DNA of 64,000 bases, taken from the NCBI GenBank assembly GCA_963737905.1, contig CAVTUQ010000037.1:1-64000 (forward strand), in the 5' to 3' direction. Shown here piece by piece: positions 9,916-20,391 of this stretch. The notes under the pieces are model-generated. The model was given only the letters and a program-made list of their open reading frames with translations. It made no database searches and had not been told where the DNA came from. This DNA is from an uncultured delta proteobacterium (GTDB taxonomy: Bacteria > Desulfobacterota > Binatia > UBA9968). How positions within the stretch are numbered: the stretch's first letter is position 1; every line of letters starts with the position of its first letter. The position numbers and the translations under genes are program-made.

Positions 9916-12351
9916 ATGGGTTATTGGCTTTTCTGCAAAAGGTTTGCTCTCGTTTTTGCTTTGTTTCTCGCGAGCGACTCCTGGTACCCTGAAGTTCAAG
10001 CTCAGTCTGCTAGTCTTCTCTTAACCTGGACGGATACCTCAAATAACGAGGACGGCTTCAAAATCGAAAGGTTGGTCGCCGGGCTTGTCGACGCAACTTT
10101 CACTATCCCAGTTAACACCAACTCATATATAGATTCTGCGTTAGTATCTGGAACCATGTACTGCTATCGAGTAGGAGCCTTTAACTCAGCCGGAGACTCC
10201 GACCCCTCCAACCAAGCCTGCGCCATGGCTCAAGGCCCGACGGTAAACGCGACTGCTAACTCGAGTGTCAGTGCGAACCCAACAACTATCAAGCCGGGAG
10301 GTACCACTACTGCTAGCTGGAGCGGCATTGTGGCACCGACAACCACCGACTGGATCGGGCTTTATGCACCGGGCGCGGCTGATACAAGTTTCATTAATTG
10401 GGTCTACGTCAGTTGCTCCACGACGCCAGGCAGCGCCCGGGCTTCAGGATCCTGCTCCTATGCTTTGCCCGCTACGCTCTCTTTAGGAAACTACGATCTA
10501 CGTCTTTTTGCCAATGATGGCTTTACGCGCCTCGCGACTACCAACAGCCTCACAGTCACTAATAGTGCTTTGACTGCAAGTCCGACGACAGTCAGCGCAG
10601 GCGCTACAATTACCGCCAGCTGGAGCGGAATCAGCGCTCCCACCCCAAAGGACTGGATAGGGCTTTATGTGCCGGGCACGGCTGACACAAAATTCATTAG
10701 TTGGGTCTACGTCAGCTGCTCTATGACCGCCGGCACCGCTCGCGCTTCGGGATCGTGCTTCTATCTTTTGCCTGCCACACTCGTCGCCGGGAATTATGAG
10801 CTACGTCTTTTTGCCAATGATGACTTTACCCGACTCGCCACCAGCAGCTTAGCCGTCACTACTACAGGAATTGTTTCGCAAACTCCAACTTTGACGGTGA
10901 ACCCAAAGACGGTCAAGCCGGGGAGTACAGTGACCGCTAGCTGGAGTGGTATCACCGCTCCCACCCCAAAGGACTGGATAGGTTTCTACGCATCAGGCGC
11001 CGCTGATACGAAGTTTATCAGTTGGGTCTATGTCAGCTGCTCTATGACCGCCGGCACCGCTCGAGCTTCAGGCTCCTGCTCCTATGCTTTGCCTGCCACA
11101 CTTGCAAGTGGGAATTATGAGCTACGTCTCTTTGTCAATGAGGGCTTTACCCGGCTCGCCACCAGCGGCGCGTTGACGGTTTCTACCTCGACCAGCACCT
11201 CTGTCGTCCTAGCTAATGTGACCAGTATCGGGAACGGGACAACCACTGACTCGACACCGCAAATACCGAGAGAGTGGACCGATTATGATCTGAAAGTAAA
11301 CCTCCGATCAATGAATAACAATTCAATCGGGATGATGTTTCGCTATCAGGATGACCGAAATTATTATCGGTTTGTCTGGAACCAGAAGTCGAAATTTCGT
11401 CGCCTGGAAAAGATTGAGAACGGCAGATCCACCGTATTGGCCAGTGACACCGTGGGTTACGTCAAGGGGCGGACATACCAAGCGCAGATTATCGCCCAAG
11501 GCGCGACGTTCCGAGTGTTCATCGATGGCGCGCAGATCTTTTCCGTCGTCGATTCGAGCTTTGCCGAAGGGACAGTGGCCTTGTATGCCTCCAACAATCA
11601 GGCAAGTTTCGATAATATTGTTGTCCAAGATCTAAACACCGGTGTTGTACTGCTTTCCGAGGATTTCGACGATGGCACTCTTAACGGTTGGACCGCCGTA
11701 GATCAAGGGAAAAACCATGGACCCTCTGTATGGTCGGCGACAAGCGGAACGCTCCTACAAACGAGCAACATCGATGAAACCTTCGCGCTTTATATCGCCC
11801 GCAGTTGGACTGATTACCGGTTCGCCGCCAAATTGCGATCCCTGGACAAGGGTCCTATAGGCGTCATGTTCCGCTACCAAGGCAGTAATGATTACTACAG
11901 GTTTTTTTGGGATGCCCGCGCCGGCCTTCGACGTTTGGAGAAAGTCCGGAATGGCGCACTCACAGTCCTGGCGAAAGACGCTATACCCTATGTAACCGGA
12001 ACCACTTACAATTTGGACATTACTGCAAAGGGTACAACCATAGGAGTGCAGATCGACGGCAACCTCGTTTTTTCTGTGGTCGACCAGAGCCTGCCCAAAG
12101 GCACCGTTGCGCTATATTCTTCGTATAACCCGGGAAGCAGTTTTGATGGCGTGGCGGTACAAGATCTTGTCACCGGCACATCATTACTCTCGGATGATTT
12201 CAATGACGGCACCTTCACCGGTTGGACCATTGTTGATGAGGGCACGGATCAGAGGCCGTCCGCATGGTCAGTCAAGAACGGGAGATTGCTCCAGAGTAGC
12301 AACATCGGCTCTAATACGACCAACAATCTAGGCACGTATGCTCTGTACTGA
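9916..12351 (+). CDS. Secreted multidomain adhesin/lectin-like protein (FN3-like + 3 Ig-like repeats + 2 ConA/TSP_C-like repeats)
   Basis: Signal peptide; three ~100-aa repeats (DWIGLY..WVYVSC..GSC..GNYELRLFAN); two WTDY..IG(M/V)MFRYQ..YYRF.W repeats. ATG at 9916 follows AAGGAGGT. Confidence 0.85.
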   Translation: MGYWLFCKRFALVFALFLASDSWYPEVQAQSASLLLTWTDTSNNEDGFKIERLVAGLVDATFTIPVNTNSYIDSALVSGTMYCYRVGAFNSAGDSDPSNQACAMAQGPTVNATANSSVSANPTTIKPGGTTTASWSGIVAPTTTDWIGLYAPGAADTSFINWVYVSCSTTPGSARASGSCSYALPATLSLGNYDLRLFANDGFTRLATTNSLTVTNSALTASPTTVSAGATITASWSGISAPTPKDWIGLYVPGTADTKFISWVYVSCSMTAGTARASGSCFYLLPATLVAGNYELRLFANDDFTRLATSSLAVTTTGIVSQTPTLTVNPKTVKPGSTVTASWSGITAPTPKDWIGFYASGAADTKFISWVYVSCSMTAGTARASGSCSYALPATLASGNYELRLFVNEGFTRLATSGALTVSTSTSTSVVLANVTSIGNGTTTDSTPQIPREWTDYDLKVNLRSMNNNSIGMMFRYQDDRNYYRFVWNQKSKFRRLEKIENGRSTVLASDTVGYVKGRTYQAQIIAQGATFRVFIDGAQIFSVVDSSFAEGTVALYASNNQASFDNIVVQDLNTGVVLLSEDFDDGTLNGWTAVDQGKNHGPSVWSATSGTLLQTSNIDETFALYIARSWTDYRFAAKLRSLDKGPIGVMFRYQGSNDYYRFFWDARAGLRRLEKVRNGALTVLAKDAIPYVTGTTYNLDITAKGTTIGVQIDGNLVFSVVDQSLPKGTVALYSSYNPGSSFDGVAVQDLVTGTSLLSDDFNDGTFTGWTIVDEGTDQRPSAWSVKNGRLLQSSNIGSNTTNNLGTYALY

Positions 12352-12410
12352 TATCGAGCCAGAACCTTTTGCGCTTCGCGCTTAGCTCCTTGCCTGCCAG
12401 TGCGTGAGTG

Positions 12411-12460
12411 CTTAAACGGTTGGAACTGTTTGAACGGCTTGAACGATTTGAACTGTTTCA
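12411..12460. repeat. 9-nt periodic tandem repeat (TTGAACNNN x5)
   Basis: Units at 12412, 12421, 12430, 12439 and 12448. Confidence 0.8.
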
Positions 12461-12526
12461 AGTCGCAGCCTGTTAGAGCGCTCTGCTCTTTGCTCTCTGG
12501 AGCACGCGCTCGCTGCGAACTGCAGC

Positions 12527-13594
12527 TTAATGATCAAGAAGCACCTGAACAATTTTTGCGGCTGAGTGACCGTCGCCGAATAAGTGGTTCGAACAAGCAG
12601 CCAATGGCACCGGCTTTGTGGCGGCGGCAAAAATAGTTTCAGGATCCGTGCCAGCCAGAGTGTTCCAACCGGACTCCACAGTTTCTACCCACTCGGTTTC
12701 CTGCCGCAAGGTAATGCAGGGCACCTGCAACCAATAAGCTTCTTTTTGTACGCCGCCCGAATCGGTCAGAATGCCTCTCGCCTGCTTCTCGAGGCACACC
12801 ATATCGAGATAGGAAACAGGATCTAAAATAGAAAAGGATCGCCCATTTTTCCACAAACCATAATTTTCCAGAACCTTCCTTGTCCGAGGGTGGACTGGCC
12901 ATACAATCATGGAGTTATCGCTAATCATCTCGAAGGCTTTGACAATAGCGGCCAGCCCGCGAGGATCGTCGGTGTTTTCGGCACGATGCACCGTCGCAAG
13001 GAAATAAGATTTGGGCTGCAATCGCAGTCGCTCTAGGATTCTCGATTTCTCCTCTGCTCGTCGGGCGTTCGATAATAAAGCATCATACATTACATCGCCC
13101 ACCAAGTGGGCTCCCTCAGTGATCCCTTCTCGCGCGAGATTGCTGACACTTGTCTCGGTGGGGCAGAACAACAAAGTTGAAAGATGATCAGTAACCACCC
13201 GGTTTACTTCCTCAGGCATCCGCCGATTAAAACAGCGCAAACCCGCTTCAACGTGAGCGACAGGAATACAGAGCTTTGCTGCAGCCAAAGCCCCAGCCAA
13301 AGTCGAGTTGGTATCACCGAAAACTAGCACGTAATCCGGCTTTTCTTTCAGCAATACCCTTTCTATCCGTTTCAGCATCTCGCCAGACTGCTCTCCGTGT
13401 GTCCCCGACCCAACGTCAAGATTGTAATCGGGCTCTGGAATTTCTAGATCGCGAAAGAACACATCACTCATATTGTTGTCATAGTGCTGTCCGGTGTGAA
13501 TCAAAACCTCCACGGCAGCTTCTCGAAGTTCTTTTGAAAGCGGCGCGCATTTAATAAACTGCGGTCGGGCCCCAACAACAGTAGCAAACTTCAT
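12527..13594 (-). CDS. wecB: UDP-N-acetylglucosamine 2-epimerase, non-hydrolysing (WecB/WbpI-like)
   Basis: VGARPQFIK, HTGQHYD, GDTNSTLA, HVEAGLR, TDSGGVQKEA. Confidence 0.93.
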   Translation of the reverse strand: MKFATVVGARPQFIKCAPLSKELREAAVEVLIHTGQHYDNNMSDVFFRDLEIPEPDYNLDVGSGTHGEQSGEMLKRIERVLLKEKPDYVLVFGDTNSTLAGALAAAKLCIPVAHVEAGLRCFNRRMPEEVNRVVTDHLSTLLFCPTETSVSNLAREGITEGAHLVGDVMYDALLSNARRAEEKSRILERLRLQPKSYFLATVHRAENTDDPRGLAAIVKAFEMISDNSMIVWPVHPRTRKVLENYGLWKNGRSFSILDPVSYLDMVCLEKQARGILTDSGGVQKEAYWLQVPCITLRQETEWVETVESGWNTLAGTDPETIFAAATKPVPLAACSNHLFGDGHSAAKIVQVLLDH

Positions 13595-13716
13595 TGAACT
13601 TAAACTTTCCGTTCCAGCTAATCGCAGGATCAGCTTCAAAGATTAGCTTGTGGAAAATTCTAGCTAAACCAACTATTAGAGGGGGATCGGTGCCTTCTGC
13701 TAATTACGGGCATGTT

Positions 13717-15441
13717 TTAGTCTTTCCACACCCACCAATTTCCCAACGCGAGAAATTTCAGCCCGGAACGGTCGAGGACATCTATCGCCTCCGCCGGCTT
13801 ATAAACAATCGGATAGCCGTGCAGATTGAATGATGTATTGAGAATAATGCCTTCACCCGTAATTTCCTCATAATGTTTGAGGAGACGGTAGAAATCCGGA
13901 TTCCATTCCTCGGTTACTTCCTGGGGCCGAACCGAATGGTCATACGGATGCTGGCCGGCCACACACTTGGAACGCGCCTCCGGGCGCGAGTCGAAAGCAA
14001 TGACCATATAGGGAGCAAACATGGGCTTGGGCTTAAGATAGTAGTCTTCAGCGCGTTCCGCCAGAACCGCCGGAGCAAAAGGCATCCAAAAATCACGGTT
14101 CTTAACCATGTCGTTGATGATGCGCACCGCTTCCATATCATCAGCCCTAGCCAAAATCGACCGGTTACCCAGGGCTCGAGCGCCAAATTCCATGCGTCCT
14201 TTGGCCCTTGCAACCACATTGCCGCCCGCCAGGGTTTCTGCCGTAAGACGCTCGATATTCTCCACATGCTTATAGTGAATGGGATTCGTTCCCTTATACT
14301 GCTTGAGCGCCGTCTCCACTTCGTAATCCTCAAATCCGCGCCCCCAGTAAATAGGCCCGAGTGGTTCGATATCAACCGGTTGGTTTGATCGTAGGCGTTC
14401 CTGTGCGTAGACCCAATAAGCAGCGCCGATACTGTTGGTTTCGTCTCCACAAGACGGAAAAACGAATAGTTCTTCAACCTCGGGCAATGCGAGGATCTCC
14501 TTGTTGGCTTTAACATTCATGAAGACGCCACCGCCACAAGCCACGCGGTGAATGCCGGTCTCCCGCACGCAGTTGCGTACCCACCGGATCAATATGTCCT
14601 CAATAAATTGCTGGAGTCCAGCCGCTACAAGATCAAACCGCTGGCGATAGAGAAGTTTGCGAACTAATCCGTAAGCGCTGAACATAGACGGCACCCCCTT
14701 TTGGCGCCGCCATACCAGCGGATTTTTACCATCAAACTCAAACAGGTCGGCGAAGAGTTTCGCGTGCCCGCGGGCCTTCTTCGAATTACCTACATAGGGA
14801 GCCAATCCCATGACCTTGTACTCATGCTCCAAAGGCATCATACCCATATAATAAGTAATCATCGAGTACAGGTGTCCAAGGGACTCGCTTTCTGGAACGG
14901 ATGCAATTTGCTGCATTCCGCCATTCTCAGCGATGCTGACTGTCGCCGATACCCGGTCGCCACCGCCGTCACACGTGAGGACCAGGACTTTGTTTTGAAA
15001 AGCGCTACCATAGTAAGCAGCCGCAGCATGAGCGGTATGATGAATCACCGGGGCTATTCTGCCGTTATCGAATCCAATCCGTGCCAGCTCTTGTTCCCGC
15101 TGCTGCGCCTTGCTTTTCTGATAGATGCCATCGACAATTGTCCCTTTCAACGGCTCTTTCAGCTGGGCTACCAAACCACCTGACTGTTCGTAGAACCTTG
15201 AGAGCGGCTCTCGGTCCCAGTGATCATAAGTCATGTAATTGCCATTCAGCGCCACTTTGGCTATTTCCGACAACGTGACGCCACTGGTCGAGAGCACGTC
15301 GGCGATGGCCTGATGCGGTACGCCTCCCTGGTTTTTGTTGCGCGTCAAACGCTCTTCTTGAACGGCGGCCACCACTCTGCCTTGCTCGAGAAGCGCGGCG
15401 GCCGCATTGTGTCCGTCATGAATGCCGAGAATCGTTTTCAT
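13717..15441 (-). CDS. Carbamoyltransferase (NodU/CmcH family)
   Basis: ILGIHDGHNA, EERLTR, HH.AHAA, EYKVMGLAPY, EFGARALGNRSIL, LNTSFNLHG. Confidence 0.93.
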   Translation of the reverse strand: MKTILGIHDGHNAAAALLEQGRVVAAVQEERLTRNKNQGGVPHQAIADVLSTSGVTLSEIAKVALNGNYMTYDHWDREPLSRFYEQSGGLVAQLKEPLKGTIVDGIYQKSKAQQREQELARIGFDNGRIAPVIHHTAHAAAAYYGSAFQNKVLVLTCDGGGDRVSATVSIAENGGMQQIASVPESESLGHLYSMITYYMGMMPLEHEYKVMGLAPYVGNSKKARGHAKLFADLFEFDGKNPLVWRRQKGVPSMFSAYGLVRKLLYRQRFDLVAAGLQQFIEDILIRWVRNCVRETGIHRVACGGGVFMNVKANKEILALPEVEELFVFPSCGDETNSIGAAYWVYAQERLRSNQPVDIEPLGPIYWGRGFEDYEVETALKQYKGTNPIHYKHVENIERLTAETLAGGNVVARAKGRMEFGARALGNRSILARADDMEAVRIINDMVKNRDFWMPFAPAVLAERAEDYYLKPKPMFAPYMVIAFDSRPEARSKCVAGQHPYDHSVRPQEVTEEWNPDFYRLLKHYEEITGEGIILNTSFNLHGYPIVYKPAEAIDVLDRSGLKFLALGNWWVWKD

Positions 15442-15495
15442 GTTGTTTATTTATCTCTCTTAAGAAATAGCCTTCTGCGAACTCTATATCCTCGT

Positions 15496-15724
15496 ACTAC
15501 TATGCCTGAAAGTTTTCGCGGTTTGCGCAAATTCTCTGTTGTTGTGATCGTAAGCCGGCGAATTCACAAGACGGTAAGGCGTCACCACGAAGATCACGAA
15601 GGGCACGAAGACCGGATAACATAGGGCATTGAATCGAAGAAAAAATACCTTCTTCCTTCGTGCTCTTCGCGTCCTTCGTGGTGCAATGTTCCTTTCGATT
15701 TTGGTTGCCGCTCTGCCGCGCTGG
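15496..15724 (-). mobile_element. Hairpin-ended element, copy 3 (229 bp, diverged interior)
   Basis: Reverse complement reads CCAGCGCGGCAGAGCGGCAACCAAAATCGAAAGG...AGGCATAGTAGT, again flanked by ..GAGAC and AC.. Confidence 0.8.
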
Positions 15725-15868
15725 GTCTCCGCGGTGAACAAGAATTCGGATATCGGAGGTTTCACCGCTGAGGCGCGGTGGACGTGGAGTTGAAAAATTC
15801 GAATTTCGAAATTCGAATTGCGAAATTTTACTCTGCGTACTCTGTTTCTCCGCGGTGAATACTCCTTC
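15725..15868. repeat. AGAG-family REPIN with internal (A)ATTCGAA heptamer repeats
   Basis: TCACCGCTGAGGCGCGG ... AATTCGAATTTCGAAATTCGAATTGCGAAATTT ... CTCTGCGTACTCTGTTTCTCCGCGGTGAATACTCC. Confidence 0.8.
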
Positions 15869-15896
15869 AAAGTGAACGCATCACTCCATTACTCCT

Positions 15897-16982
15897 TCAG
15901 TCCAGCACTCCAGTCTCGCTTTTGTTGACCTGCAGCGGCGGATCCGATGGCGTGGAAGCGCGCGTTAGCTTAGTGTAAGCATGAGTCGGCTCACGCTGCA
16001 AAATCACGAAGTCTAAAAGACCGCGCAGGAATCCATATCCATAGCCGAAATGATAGGAAGCGAACACAAAGGGAAGGAGAGGGAAGAGCCTCCAACCGGC
16101 ACGGGCTGACGTCAGAACCGAAGCGACAAAATTGCACGTTAAATAAAGTCCGGCCAATCCTATCCAGCCCCAAAGAGCCACTCGCGACCACGGAGACACC
16201 AGCGCGAGAAAGATCAATGAGAGGACAAAACAACCCGGAATTAGATGCCGGACCGAGGCGGGAATTTTGTGTTTCTGGATTACACGCACTTTCCAATAAC
16301 CGTACTGTACCTGTTGCTGCAAAAGTGATCCCAGCGATTCACGCGGGTGGTACCAACTCTTTATGCGCGGCGACTGCCAGATTTTTCCACCGGCTCGCCT
16401 TAGCCGCAAATTAAATTCATCGTCCTCGCTTCGGACCATCTCTTCGTCGAACAGTCCGATCCGTTCAAAGACTTCGATCGGCCAGCAGCCAAGGTACACC
16501 GTATCAAGCGAGCCTTCATAATCAGATCGGTGGCCAAGTGCCCCGCCAACAGCAAACACAGACTGAAATGCCGCGGCAATCGCCTGGCCTGTTAAACCCT
16601 TCCCTTCAGCGATCCAAGGTCCGCCGACATTATCTGCCCCGGTTTCATGAAGCACCTCGAAACACTGCCGGATATAGTCCGGAGCGTAATCCGTGTGCAC
16701 ATCCATACGGACGATGATCTTGCCGTGAGCCGCCCTGATGGTGGAGTTGAGCCCCGCGGGGACGATCCGCTCGGGATCGTCAACAACATGCAAGCGAGAG
16801 TATTCTTCGGTGAGTCGTTTGAGAATTTCGCGGGTTCCATCGTCCGACATGCCGTCAGCCACGATAACTTCAAACCCTCCAGCGAGCGGTTCCTGTGCGA
16901 AAATCGACCGTACGAACTTTTCAATACAGTCCCTTTCGTTTCGGCAGGGAACGATGACAGAGACAGTTGGTATTGAACTCAT
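15897..16982 (-). CDS. GT2 glycosyltransferase (ExoA-like)
   Basis: VSVIVPCRNE, DGMSDDGT, RMDVHT, RSEDDEFNLR; C-terminal TM helices. Confidence 0.9.
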   Translation of the reverse strand: MSSIPTVSVIVPCRNERDCIEKFVRSIFAQEPLAGGFEVIVADGMSDDGTREILKRLTEEYSRLHVVDDPERIVPAGLNSTIRAAHGKIIVRMDVHTDYAPDYIRQCFEVLHETGADNVGGPWIAEGKGLTGQAIAAAFQSVFAVGGALGHRSDYEGSLDTVYLGCWPIEVFERIGLFDEEMVRSEDDEFNLRLRRAGGKIWQSPRIKSWYHPRESLGSLLQQQVQYGYWKVRVIQKHKIPASVRHLIPGCFVLSLIFLALVSPWSRVALWGWIGLAGLYLTCNFVASVLTSARAGWRLFPLLPFVFASYHFGYGYGFLRGLLDFVILQREPTHAYTKLTRASTPSDPPLQVNKSETGVLD

Positions 16983-17120
16983 TAAGGCTCCGAATCAAAA
17001 ATAAATCCGGGAATTGCTAACCACCACTAGTGGCGTGCGACCCTTCAGACCGGTAAAAATCAACCCTTGAATCGCACTGACACAATGCGTGCAAAGCAGG
17101 GGTCCTTTCGATTCAACTCA

Positions 17121-17618
17121 TCACTTCGCATAAGCGCGGTAAGCCTCCGCAGGCAGACGCCCGATGACTGTACCCTCATGGACTGCAATGAAAGGCATGC
17201 CGCAAACGAGAGCGAGCTCCCTGTCTCGAGCAGAATCGCCAATGAGAATAGATTGCACGAGATCGATGTTCCACTTGCGAGCAGCTTCCATGGCCATGCC
17301 CGGGCGCGGTTTGCGGCAGTTGCAGGTCTCTTCTTCGTGCACGCAACAGAAAACATCGTCGATCCGAGCGCCCCGGGTTAGCAACTCCCGTTTCATGTTG
17401 TCGTGAATACGCGCCAGCTCCCCCGCATCGATCTGACCGAGCGCCACCCCGCGCTGGTTGGTCAAGACAATTACCAACAAATCAAGAGCATTGAAGAGCC
17501 GTATCCAATCGACGATGGAAGGAATCAGCCGAAACTCCGACCATGCACGGATATATTCTTTAGGCTCCGGCTTGAAGTTGATCACGCCGTCGCGGTCGAG
17601 GAAAGCACAGCGGCGCAT
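17121..17618 (-). CDS. gmhB: Heptose-1,7-bisphosphate phosphatase
   Basis: FLDRDGVIN, TNQRG, CNCRKPRPGM, IGD; TAATG-coupled to the kinase gene. Confidence 0.9.
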   Translation of the reverse strand: MRRCAFLDRDGVINFKPEPKEYIRAWSEFRLIPSIVDWIRLFNALDLLVIVLTNQRGVALGQIDAGELARIHDNMKRELLTRGARIDDVFCCVHEEETCNCRKPRPGMAMEAARKWNIDLVQSILIGDSARDRELALVCGMPFIAVHEGTVIGRLPAEAYRAYAK

Positions 17619-18601
17619 TACCAGTGGTCCTCGCCAACATAGATCACCTTCATGCCCTGAGGATCGAAGCTGAGCGGGATTTCGGTGAGGTCGGACAGCG
17701 CATGACGCAACTGCTCTTGATAATGCGGCTCGCAATAAAATAGTATAAACCCGCAGCTGCCAGCTCCCAATAATTTACCGCCCAGCGCTCCGGCGTCCAA
17801 GGCGCGTTCGTAGTACTTGTCCACGTGGAGGTTGCTGATGGTCTTTTCCAGTGTCTTTTTTACCTCCCACGCCTCATGTAACAGACGACCAAAAACGTTT
17901 AGATCTCGTCCGACGGTTAAAACCTCGCGCATTTCGTAGGCGATGGCACATAGCCTGCGGATAGCGGGCAGATTCGAATCTGTATTGGCGTTCTGGCGCG
18001 CCAGTACTTGCCGGGCCTCACGGGTTCCGCCCATGAAAAAGAGCATCAACCGTCGATTCAGCTCACGTTTCACCGCAGTCGAACAGATGACCGGATCAAC
18101 AAAGACACTTCCATCCGGCATGAACCGGATGAATTGGAGGCCGCCGTAGGCAGCTATATATTGGTCTTGTTTGCCGATGGGCTCTTGCAGGTGGTTGATC
18201 TCGATGTCGCAGGCCTCGCGGGCGAGCTGATCGGCGGAAGTAACCTGACCTTTGAGAGCATGAAGCGCGCCCAATAACCCGACCGTGAAGCTGCTGGAAG
18301 AACCCATTCCGCTTTGTGCCGGCAAGTCGGCTATCGAAACGACTTCGAGCCCGCGAGTAATTCCGGTACTGGCGAGGCAAGCACGCACGATCGGGTGCTG
18401 GATTTCCTCGGCCTGGTCACGGAGCTCGGTCTGTGAGTAACTGACCCGAAACGTATTTCCAAAACGCTCTTTTACGGTAAGATACATATACTTATTGATC
18501 GCTGTCGTGAGGACTGTACCGGCCTCCTTCGAATAAAACGCCGGCAGGTCAGACCCGCCGCCAGCAAAACTGATGCGAAACGGTGTTCGAGTAATGATCA
18601 C
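17618..18601 (-). CDS. hddA: D-glycero-alpha-D-manno-heptose 7-phosphate kinase (GHMP)
   Basis: TPFRISFAGGGSD, SGMGSSS, GKQDQY, GGKLLGAG. Confidence 0.9.
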   Translation of the reverse strand: MIITRTPFRISFAGGGSDLPAFYSKEAGTVLTTAINKYMYLTVKERFGNTFRVSYSQTELRDQAEEIQHPIVRACLASTGITRGLEVVSIADLPAQSGMGSSSSFTVGLLGALHALKGQVTSADQLAREACDIEINHLQEPIGKQDQYIAAYGGLQFIRFMPDGSVFVDPVICSTAVKRELNRRLMLFFMGGTREARQVLARQNANTDSNLPAIRRLCAIAYEMREVLTVGRDLNVFGRLLHEAWEVKKTLEKTISNLHVDKYYERALDAGALGGKLLGAGSCGFILFYCEPHYQEQLRHALSDLTEIPLSFDPQGMKVIYVGEDHW

Positions 18602-19296
18602 GTCAAAAACTCCTCAATCGCCTTAAGCCGTTCGGGGGTACCTATATCAAAAAACCGCTGAGAGGTCGGGAAGCCGATGAGCTGGCGCCGCTCGATCAGC
18701 AACGGGAAGACCTGTTGCTCCAGAGAAACAGGATCGTAAGGAGGAATCAGGTCAAGCACAGGACGCCGAAATGCCATAACACCAGCTTCGATGTACTGTA
18801 GTTCTGGGTCACCCACAGCCGTTTTATCGTAGCGCAACACAAAACCCGATCCGTCCAGTGCAACATTGCCAGGGACACTGGTTTCACCGGCGCGATCCCG
18901 GTAGACGACCATCACGGCTTTGGCTTGGCTAGCGGCCAGACGATCGGCAACCTGACCGTAGCGAATGGGTAAATACGAGTCGCCATAGATCAGCAAAAAC
19001 AAGTCGGCCAGCAGCTGACGGCTTTCGCGTAGAGCACCGCCGGTGCCGAGTGGTTGTGGCTCGCGCGAGTAGCGGATCTGTAGTCCGAGGGGTGCTCCAT
19101 TACCGAAGTGTTCCTCGATCTGACTGCCCAGATAACCTGTAAGCAGGACGATGTCGGTAATCGACTGTTTCGCCAAAAACCGCAATTGATGTTCGAGGTA
19201 CGGCGCCCCAGCAATGGGTACCATGGGCTTGGGAATTTGCTCGGTGAGAGGCCACAGGCGGGTACCCAGCCCACCCGCAAGAATTACCGCTTGCAT
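18598..19296 (-). CDS. hddC: Heptose-1-phosphate guanylyltransferase-like NTP transferase
   Basis: MQAVILAGGLGTRL..PKPM, EPQPLGTGGAL, FFDIGTPE; lies among gmhA/hddA/gmhB. Confidence 0.8.
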   Translation of the reverse strand: MQAVILAGGLGTRLWPLTEQIPKPMVPIAGAPYLEHQLRFLAKQSITDIVLLTGYLGSQIEEHFGNGAPLGLQIRYSREPQPLGTGGALRESRQLLADLFLLIYGDSYLPIRYGQVADRLAASQAKAVMVVYRDRAGETSVPGNVALDGSGFVLRYDKTAVGDPELQYIEAGVMAFRRPVLDLIPPYDPVSLEQQVFPLLIERRQLIGFPTSQRFFDIGTPERLKAIEEFLT

Positions 19297-20261
19297 GTCT
19301 CCTCCCGACCGTCCTTGGCCAACGTCGAACAAATTGCGAGCGCAATGGCTTCCTCCGAATTATGGCGCGCACGCCACCCCAGCCGGTTGATCGCAGTAAC
19401 GTCAAGCACGAAACGCGGCACGTCGCCAGGCCATCCGCCTTCGCCACCGGTGAATTCATACTGCACATTCTTGAGACCCATAGCTTCGACCACCATGTCC
19501 GCAATGCGCCGCACGGACAAGTTATCGTCGCACCCGAGATTGAAGACATGCAGACCACGCGGCGCCTCATCCACGGCAAAGAGCATGGCATCTACGCACT
19601 CTTCGCTCAGCAGATAAGATTTGGCCTGGCGGCCATTGCCAAGAATCTCCATGCGGGACGGATCGCGGCGGAGCTTATCGATGAAATCACCGATAACGGT
19701 TCGGCCGGATTTGCGAACCTTAGATCCGACAATATTGGCAAAACGAAAAATCCAGCAATCCATTTCGAACAAATGCTGAAAAGCACCGATGATGGCTTCA
19801 CAGCTCAGCTTGGTAGCGCCGTATAATGAAATGGGCCGGGTTGGACTGTTTTCAGAGATAGGTTGTGTTTCCGAAATGCCATACACGGCAGAGGTGGAGG
19901 AGAATACCAAACGCTTGACACCCTCCCGGCGCATGCTTTCGAGAACATGATAGGTGCAGATAACGTTCTGCTTCAAATCCTTGTCGGTCGAATCACCGAC
20001 AGTGAATTTTACGTCGGGATTAGCCGCGAGGTGATAAACCATATCGACACCGCACACGGCTTTGCGGATTAGGTCGAAATCTAGCAGATCGCCATGGACA
20101 AACTGAAAACGCGGGTTTCCGCGCAGCGGTTCAATATGTTCATCCCTACCACTGCTGAGATTGTCTAGCACTAAGACTTCGTGGCCGCGCGACAGCAAAG
20201 TTCCGGCGAGATCCGAGCCGATGCAACCTGCTCCGCCTGTCACGAGGATTCGCTGGCCCAT
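19284..20261 (-). CDS. NAD-dependent epimerase/dehydratase
   Basis: TGGAGCIGS, SSTSAVYG, YGATK. Confidence 0.9.
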   Translation of the reverse strand: MGQRILVTGGAGCIGSDLAGTLLSRGHEVLVLDNLSSGRDEHIEPLRGNPRFQFVHGDLLDFDLIRKAVCGVDMVYHLAANPDVKFTVGDSTDKDLKQNVICTYHVLESMRREGVKRLVFSSTSAVYGISETQPISENSPTRPISLYGATKLSCEAIIGAFQHLFEMDCWIFRFANIVGSKVRKSGRTVIGDFIDKLRRDPSRMEILGNGRQAKSYLLSEECVDAMLFAVDEAPRGLHVFNLGCDDNLSVRRIADMVVEAMGLKNVQYEFTGGEGGWPGDVPRFVLDVTAINRLGWRARHNSEEAIALAICSTLAKDGREETCKR

Positions 20262-20391
20262 GGTGCAAAATTAACCCTGTTCCGACACTAAAGTTCCATA
20301 AATAAGGAAAAGGATCACTTCAATGCTCAAACTACTGCCGGAAGAGGGTTAACTGAAAATCAGGCCGTACTTAACAGTGGGTGCCAGTAAG

